Shown one piece after another: positions 58,181 through 64,000 of a DNA stretch of 64,000 nucleotides (position 1 is its first letter; each line of letters begins with the position of its first letter). The translations under genes and the position numbers were made by a program. The notes under the pieces were generated by a model. It was not told the origin of the DNA, ran no database searches, and saw nothing but the letters and a program-made list of their open reading frames with translations. Location: positions 5,874,551-5,938,550 of the forward strand of contig OZ245742.1 of assembly GCA_965227295.1 (NCBI GenBank), read 5' to 3'. This stretch comes from Leptonemataceae bacterium. Its GTDB lineage: Bacteria; Spirochaetota; Leptospiria; Leptospirales; Leptonemataceae.

Positions 58181-59445
58181 TAGGAGCTCCCCCGGACGAC
58201 CGCGGCCAGAAGCAACCCCGCGGCGAGCCAGGCCGCGCAGAGATAAACCACGATTCGTTTCAAGCTTACGCCCGCGTCGCCGCCGTGGTCGTGATCATGA
58301 CCGCCCGCGCTCTGCTCCCGGCGCGCCCGACGATAACGATACGCGAGCCAGGCCATTCCGAGGCTTACCAGAACGAAGCCGAGGTTTAGATAGAACGTGT
58401 AGTCGATCTTAATGCGCGTCACTTCCTCGACGACCCGGCGGCTCTCCGGCGTGATCCCGAACCAGGCGAAAGCGCCGTTGAGAATCAGGGCGGTGGATAC
58501 CATGCTGATATACATAATCAGCGCAATATAGAGCGCGATCCTGGTGCCGTAGTACTTGCGATTGACCATGACCAGAGGCGGCACGATCAAATCCGAATAG
58601 ATGAACGCCATAATGCCCGCGAAAAGCACGCCGTTGGCGTTCAGAACCGTGGCGAGGGGAATATTACCCATAGAACCGATGAATGTGGCCGCGGCGACAA
58701 AGGGACCGACGAGGGCGTTCTCGACGGCGATCAACCACGCCGGTAACGTCTCCGTGTACCCGGTTAAGAAGATCGCCTCCCAGAACGACTGCGGGACCAG
58801 CGTCGCGATGATGCCGGCGATGGTGAAGCCGATGAGGATCTCTTCCCAGACCATGCCCCACTCCGCGAAAAAATTCCGCCCGACGCGATTCCAGCCGTCG
58901 GCGCTACGAATGCGTTCGCGCCACGAAAAATCTTCGGTGGCTTCGGTGGCGTGCTTCTCGACGCGACGCCGGGCCGCCTCGGCCCATTCGCGGGGCAACG
59001 TCCCACGCATGAGCACGCTGCTGATCGCAATCAGGACTATGCCGCCGACGAGTTCAGCCATGAGGAACTCAAAGCCGAGAAAGATATAAATCAAAATGCC
59101 CAGCTCGATGACGAGGTTCGTCGAGGCGAACATAAAGGCGACCGTCGCAATAAAATGCGCCCCCTTGGCGACCAGGGTCCGGGCCGCCGCCAGGGCCGCG
59201 AAAGAACACGACGACGACAGCGCTCCGAAGGCCGTGGCGATGCCGATGCTGCGCGGCCCGGCCTCGCCCAGATTCTCCGCCAGGCGCCGACGCGGTACGA
59301 AGGCCTGGATCATCGCGCTGATCGTGTAGCCGAGGACGAAGGCCCAGCCGGCCTTCCAGAAAAACCCCAGCGACGCGTACGCGGAATCGCTGATAGCCGG
59401 AATCATCGATACGATAGTTTCCATAAAATTATCTCCACTGAACAA
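58180..59445 (-). CDS. DUF318/ArsP-family permease (duplicate)
   Basis: Identical to 29053-30318. Confidence 0.8.
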   Translation of the reverse strand: MFSGDNFMETIVSMIPAISDSAYASLGFFWKAGWAFVLGYTISAMIQAFVPRRRLAENLGEAGPRSIGIATAFGALSSSCSFAALAAARTLVAKGAHFIATVAFMFASTNLVIELGILIYIFLGFEFLMAELVGGIVLIAISSVLMRGTLPREWAEAARRRVEKHATEATEDFSWRERIRSADGWNRVGRNFFAEWGMVWEEILIGFTIAGIIATLVPQSFWEAIFLTGYTETLPAWLIAVENALVGPFVAAATFIGSMGNIPLATVLNANGVLFAGIMAFIYSDLIVPPLVMVNRKYYGTRIALYIALIMYISMVSTALILNGAFAWFGITPESRRVVEEVTRIKIDYTFYLNLGFVLVSLGMAWLAYRYRRARREQSAGGHDHDHGGDAGVSLKRIVVYLCAAWLAAGLLLAAVVRGSS

Positions 59446-59448
59446 GAA

Positions 59449-62400
59449 TCATAGATTGCGCCCGGGCTTCGGGACGGTCGCCGCAACTTCCGGCGTGAGC
59501 ACTTCATCCGCCTCGACTTCGTGAAACGGACTCGCCGCTCCGTCCCTGCGCAGGCGCCGCAACTGCAACCATTCGTAGATGGTCGGAATCAACACGAGCG
59601 TCACCAGGGTGTCGGTGACCAGGCCGCCGATCATCGGCGCGGCCAGGCGTTTCATTACGGAAGAGCCGGAGTCCGTGGCCCACATGATTGGAATCAAACC
59701 CAGCAAGGTCGTCGCCACAGTCATGATCTTCGGCCGCACGCGGCCCACGACGCCTTCAAGCATCGCGGCGCGCAGTTTCTCCGGTGTATCCAGGCCGTGT
59801 TCGCGTTTGTGTTTCGCGAGCACCGTGTCGAGGTACACAAGCAGCACGATGCCCGTCTCCACGGACAAACCCGCCAGAGCAATGAAGCCAACGTCCGTGG
59901 CCACGCTTCGATTGTAGCCGAGCAGGAACATCAACCATACGCCGCCGGTTACCGCGAAGCCCAGGCAGCCCAGGATGATCGTCGTCTCGGTAAAGTTCTT
60001 AAAGTGCAGGTAGAGGAGCACGATGATGGCGATAAGCGTCAGTGCGCCGGCGATGCGCAGCCGTTCGGCGGCGCGCTCCAGATACTCGTATTGGCCGCTC
60101 CACACCAGGGTTACGCCCGGGGGCTGCTGCAACTCGCCGGCCTTCAGCTTGTTGCGAATCAGCGCCTTCGCGTTCTCAACGTAGCCGGCCACGTCCTGGG
60201 AACTCTTCAAATCCACGAAGATCCACGCGGTCTTGCGGGCGTTTTCGGTTTTGATGCCCGGCGGCCCGGTGCGCAGGCGCAGCTCCGCCACGTGGGAAAT
60301 CGGAATGTTCGCCCCCGACGGCGTGCGCACCCAGACGTCTTTTAACTTCTCCAGATCATCTCTTAGCTCGCGAGGATAACGCACGTTCACGGGATAGCGC
60401 GCCAGGCCCTCGACCGTTTCGGTGACGTTCATCCCGCCCACGGCCGTCATGATCGTATCCTGCACGTCGCCGACGGTCAGCCCGTACCGCGCCGCCGCCT
60501 CGCGATTGATGACGTAGTCGATGTAGCGGCCGCCCGTAACGCGCTCCGAAACCACCGAGGCCGTGCCGGGCACGGTCTTGAGCACGGCTTCGAGTTCGCT
60601 GCCGTAGCGCGCCAGTTCGCTTAAGTCGTCCCCGAGCAACTTTACGCCCACCGGCGTCTTGATGCCCGTCGCCAGCATATCGATGCGCGTGCGAATGGGA
60701 TACGTCCAGGCGTTGGTCAGCCCCGGGAACTGAATTTTGTCGTCCAGCTCTCGCATGATTTTTTCGACCGTCATGCCCGACCGCCACTCCGAGCGGTCTT
60801 TCAGGATGATCGTAGTCTCGATCATGGTGAGCGGGGCCGGGTCCGTGGCCGTCTCCGCGCGGCCGATCTTACCGAAGACGTGCTTTACCTCGGGCTGCTC
60901 CATGATGATGGCGTCCGTGCGCTGCAGAATTTCCCGGGCCTTGGTAATCGAAATGCCGGGCAGCGTGGTGGGCATGTACAGGATGTCGCCCTCGTTCAGC
61001 GGAGGCATGAATTCACCGCCGATGCCTTTCACCAGCTTCTTGCCGTTCGAAAAAGGAACGGGAATGCCGTAGATTGGGATCAGGGTCAGTAACATAAAAC
61101 CACCGAAAGCTAAGAGAAACGTCGCCTTGCGGTCCAGAGCGGCGTCGATCAGCGGGCGGTACGTGCGCACGAAAAAGCGCGCGATGGGGTTGTCCTCTTC
61201 CGCCCGGGTGTCGCCGCGCACAAAAAGCGAAATCAGCACCGGGATGATCGTAATTGCGATGACGGCGGCGAAGGCCATGGCGAAGGTCTTGGTCAACGCC
61301 AGGGGGCGAAAGAGCCGGCCGGACTGCTCTTCCAGCACCAGGATCGGCAGAAACGAAACGGTAATGATCAACAGCGAAAAGAAGAGCGCCGGCCCGACTT
61401 CGAGAGACGCCCGCCGGACGACGACGTCGTGGGCGGCGTCGGGATCGTGCTCCCGGTGCTTGTGCACGTTTTCGACGAGCACGATCGAGGCGTCCACCAT
61501 CACCCCGATGGCGATGGCGATGCCGCCGAGGGACATGATATTGGCGTTGATGCCGAGAAAGTCCATCAGCGCCAGGGACGCGAGAATCCCGATGGGCAGC
61601 GTCACCACGGCCACTAAGGCCGAGCGAGCGTGCATTAAGAAAACGGCGATAACGATCGCCACGACGAGCATCTCCTCGACCAGCTTCCAGGAAACGTTTT
61701 TGACGGCGCGATAGATCAAATTCGAACGATCATAGGCCGTGCGAATTTCGACCCCCTCCGGCAGCGACGGTCGAATCTCTTCGATGCGCTGCTTCACGCG
61801 TTCAATGATTTCGAGCGCGTTTTCGCCGAAGCGCATCACGACGATGCCGGCCACCACCTCCCCCTCGCCGTTCCACTCGGCGATGCCCCGGCGAATCTCC
61901 GGGCCGATCTGCACGTGGGCGACGTCGTCGATGGTGATGGGATTGCCCTGATCGTCCACGCGCAACACCACACTGCGAATATCGTCGACGGACTGGATGT
62001 AACCCAGGCCCCGCACCATGTACTCGGTCTCGCCCATCTCGATCAGTCGCCCGCCGGTGTCGCGGTTCGAACGCGCCAGACGCGAGCGCACGGTTTCGAG
62101 GGAAATGTCGTGCAGCAGCAAGCGCGTGGGATCCACCTCGACCTGGTACTGCTTCACGAAGCCGCCGATGCTCGCGACCTCGGCCACGCCTTTGAGGCTG
62201 GCGAGTTCGTAGCGAATGCTCCAGTCCTGGAGCGAACGCAGCTCCTGGTTGTTTAACTTTCCGCTGGTGTCGGTTACTATGTACTGATAGACCCAGCCCA
62301 CGCCGGTGGCGTCGGGACCGAGCTGCGGCTTCACGCCCGGCGGCAGGCGCGACGACGAGTTGATGTACTCCAGCACCCGCGAGCGCGCCCAGTAGATGTC

Positions 62401-62703
62401 CGTGCCGTCCTCGAAGATCACGTAGACCATCGAGAAACCGAAGAACGAATAGCCCCGCACCACCTTGGCGTGGGGCACGGCCAGCATGGCCGACGTCAGC
62501 GGGTAGGTAACCTGGTCTTCGACGACCTGGGGGGCCTGGCCGGTGTACTCGGTGTAGATGATCACCTGCACGTCGGAGAGATCCGGAATGGCGTCGATAG
62601 GAATGGTCTGGATCGCCCGCAGTCCGGCGAAGACCACGGCCCCGGCGGCGATCAAGACGAGCGCCTTGTTCTTGAGCGAAAATTCGATAATGCGTGCAAT
62701 CAA
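59449..62703 (-). CDS. cusA: CusA-type RND pump (duplicate)
   Basis: Identical to 30322-33576. Confidence 0.92.
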   Translation of the reverse strand: MIARIIEFSLKNKALVLIAAGAVVFAGLRAIQTIPIDAIPDLSDVQVIIYTEYTGQAPQVVEDQVTYPLTSAMLAVPHAKVVRGYSFFGFSMVYVIFEDGTDIYWARSRVLEYINSSSRLPPGVKPQLGPDATGVGWVYQYIVTDTSGKLNNQELRSLQDWSIRYELASLKGVAEVASIGGFVKQYQVEVDPTRLLLHDISLETVRSRLARSNRDTGGRLIEMGETEYMVRGLGYIQSVDDIRSVVLRVDDQGNPITIDDVAHVQIGPEIRRGIAEWNGEGEVVAGIVVMRFGENALEIIERVKQRIEEIRPSLPEGVEIRTAYDRSNLIYRAVKNVSWKLVEEMLVVAIVIAVFLMHARSALVAVVTLPIGILASLALMDFLGINANIMSLGGIAIAIGVMVDASIVLVENVHKHREHDPDAAHDVVVRRASLEVGPALFFSLLIITVSFLPILVLEEQSGRLFRPLALTKTFAMAFAAVIAITIIPVLISLFVRGDTRAEEDNPIARFFVRTYRPLIDAALDRKATFLLAFGGFMLLTLIPIYGIPVPFSNGKKLVKGIGGEFMPPLNEGDILYMPTTLPGISITKAREILQRTDAIIMEQPEVKHVFGKIGRAETATDPAPLTMIETTIILKDRSEWRSGMTVEKIMRELDDKIQFPGLTNAWTYPIRTRIDMLATGIKTPVGVKLLGDDLSELARYGSELEAVLKTVPGTASVVSERVTGGRYIDYVINREAAARYGLTVGDVQDTIMTAVGGMNVTETVEGLARYPVNVRYPRELRDDLEKLKDVWVRTPSGANIPISHVAELRLRTGPPGIKTENARKTAWIFVDLKSSQDVAGYVENAKALIRNKLKAGELQQPPGVTLVWSGQYEYLERAAERLRIAGALTLIAIIVLLYLHFKNFTETTIILGCLGFAVTGGVWLMFLLGYNRSVATDVGFIALAGLSVETGIVLLVYLDTVLAKHKREHGLDTPEKLRAAMLEGVVGRVRPKIMTVATTLLGLIPIMWATDSGSSVMKRLAAPMIGGLVTDTLVTLVLIPTIYEWLQLRRLRRDGAASPFHEVEADEVLTPEVAATVPKPGRNL

Positions 62704-64000
62704 TGGTTGTGCCCTCCCATCGGATCGGGTGCTTCATCCATAGAATCGCCGTCGCCCGCTCCCGCGGAGCCGCTCCCGCCCCGCATTTTACGCACGGCCT
62801 CCTGGATGCGCGACTCGGAGTCTAACAAAAACTGACCGGAAGTTACCACGGCCTCGTGTTCGGAGAGGCCGTCGAGGATTTGCAGGCGGTCGTTTTCGTC
62901 GGTGACGCCCACGCTTACGATCCGCGGCTCGAAGGCGCCGTTGCCGCGGTAGACGAAGGCGAGCGTGCGTTCCCCGGTGCGGATGACCGCCGAAGACGGC
63001 ACCGTCAGAAACTCCCCGTCCAGCGTGCGGCGCAGCTTGAGCGTAGCGTACATGCCGGGCTTCAACGTGCGCCCCGGATTCGCGAAGGATACACGGACGC
63101 GCAGGTCCCGGGTCTCCGCCCGCATAAACGGAAACACGAAGCTGACCCGTCCCTCGAAGGTCTTCCCCGGTACCTGGGGGACGATCATCTCCACCGGCAG
63201 CCCGGTCTCCACGAAGGGAATATCTTTTTCGGGAATGTGAATGTAGGCCCACACGGTCGAAAGATCGACGATGCGAAACAGATCCGTGCCCTCGGCGATC
63301 TTCGCGCCCTGGACGACGTTTTTTTCGACGACGACGCCGGAAATGGGCGCGTGGATCGTGAGCAGCCGCGACGGCGTGCCGCGCTTCTCCAGCGCCGCGA
63401 TCTGCGCCGCGCTGATGTTCCAGTACTGTAATCTACGGCGAGCGGCGCTTAAGAGGCGCTCCACCTCCGGCGAAGGCCCCAGACTCTGCTTGCTTTTATA
63501 GAGCTGAAGATACTCCTCCTGAGTCGCCACCAGCTCCGGGCTGTAGACGCCGGCCAGGGCCTGGCCCCGGCGCACGCTGGCGCCGGTAATGTTCACGTAG
63601 AGTTTTTCGACCCAGCCGCCGAAGCGGGCGTTCACCACGGCTTCGGCGTTTTCGGCAAAGTCGATGTGCGCCACGGCGCGAATCTCTTTCGTAATCTCCC
63701 GGCGCGTAACGATCTCGGTGTTCACACCCATTTTTTGAATGACCGCCGGGTCCACCCGCACGATGGGCGGGGCCGGCGCACTGCTCGCATCATCGGCAGC
63801 TCCGTCGCCGTCGGCCGCGCTCATGTTGGCGCCGTCAGCCTCCGCCCCGGAGCCGCCGTCGTCGCCGCCGTGCACCGTGCCGTCGTCGTGCAGGTGCGGC
63901 TTCATCGGAACCAGGTCCATACCGCAAATCGGGCACGAGCCCGGGCCGTCCTGAATGACCTGGGGATGCATGGGGCACGTGTACAGACTCGACGCCTCCG
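62700..64000 (-). CDS. cusB: CusB-type adaptor (duplicate, 5' end outside the window)
   Basis: Identical to the matching part of 33573-34985. Confidence 0.9.
   Translation of the reverse strand, partial: EASSLYTCPMHPQVIQDGPGSCPICGMDLVPMKPHLHDDGTVHGGDDGGSGAEADGANMSAADGDGAADDASSAPAPPIVRVDPAVIQKMGVNTEIVTRREITKEIRAVAHIDFAENAEAVVNARFGGWVEKLYVNITGASVRRGQALAGVYSPELVATQEEYLQLYKSKQSLGPSPEVERLLSAARRRLQYWNISAAQIAALEKRGTPSRLLTIHAPISGVVVEKNVVQGAKIAEGTDLFRIVDLSTVWAYIHIPEKDIPFVETGLPVEMIVPQVPGKTFEGRVSFVFPFMRAETRDLRVRVSFANPGRTLKPGMYATLKLRRTLDGEFLTVPSSAVIRTGERTLAFVYRGNGAFEPRIVSVGVTDENDRLQILDGLSEHEAVVTSGQFLLDSESRIQEAVRKMRGGSGSAGAGDGDSMDEAPDPMGGHNH

Larger units (their letters stand above)
51000..64000 (+). mobile_element. 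Second tandem copy (copy B) of the element, running off the window
   Basis: All ORFs of 21873-34873 recur with identical translations at +29,127. Confidence 0.92.

Overview
The window has two parts. Bases 1-21872 are ordinary GC-rich chromosome, probably from a Leptospiraceae-like spirochaete (inferred from the flbD-motA-motB-fliL order and the lipoprotein content). They encode tmk, rtcA, waaA, an AAA ATPase, a cob(I)alamin adenosyltransferase, motor genes and an MBOAT acyltransferase, with REP-like intergenic repeats. At the MBOAT stop codon a 29,119-bp mobile element begins (21873-50991), flanked by an 8-bp target duplication TGTTCTAG. A second, apparently identical copy starts right after that 8-mer (51000 to the window end, offset 29,127). 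Each end of the element is a directly repeated 1,246-bp IS1595-family module (ATCT..GGTCTACA / TGTAGACC..AGAT ends; Zn-ribbon plus DDE transposase). The unusual point is that the transposase frame runs through both inverted repeats. In the left module it continues about 207 aa past the right end into a winged-helix domain and is coupled to a degenerate HNH-like gene and a Trp/Arg-repeat gene. In the right module it starts outside the left end, next to 13-bp iteron-like repeats, and stops at the TAG of the target duplication. This fits a ~27.9-kb circular element that integrates by duplicating part of its own transposase gene, so that integration splits that gene. Cargo is a heavy-metal resistance set: CopB, CusABC-like and CzcABC-like RND systems, CsoR, a merA-less MerR operon and two CDF transporters. 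An inverted ~1-kb copy of the repeat/left-end region brackets the czc block. All family assignments come from motif recognition by eye; no searches were run.
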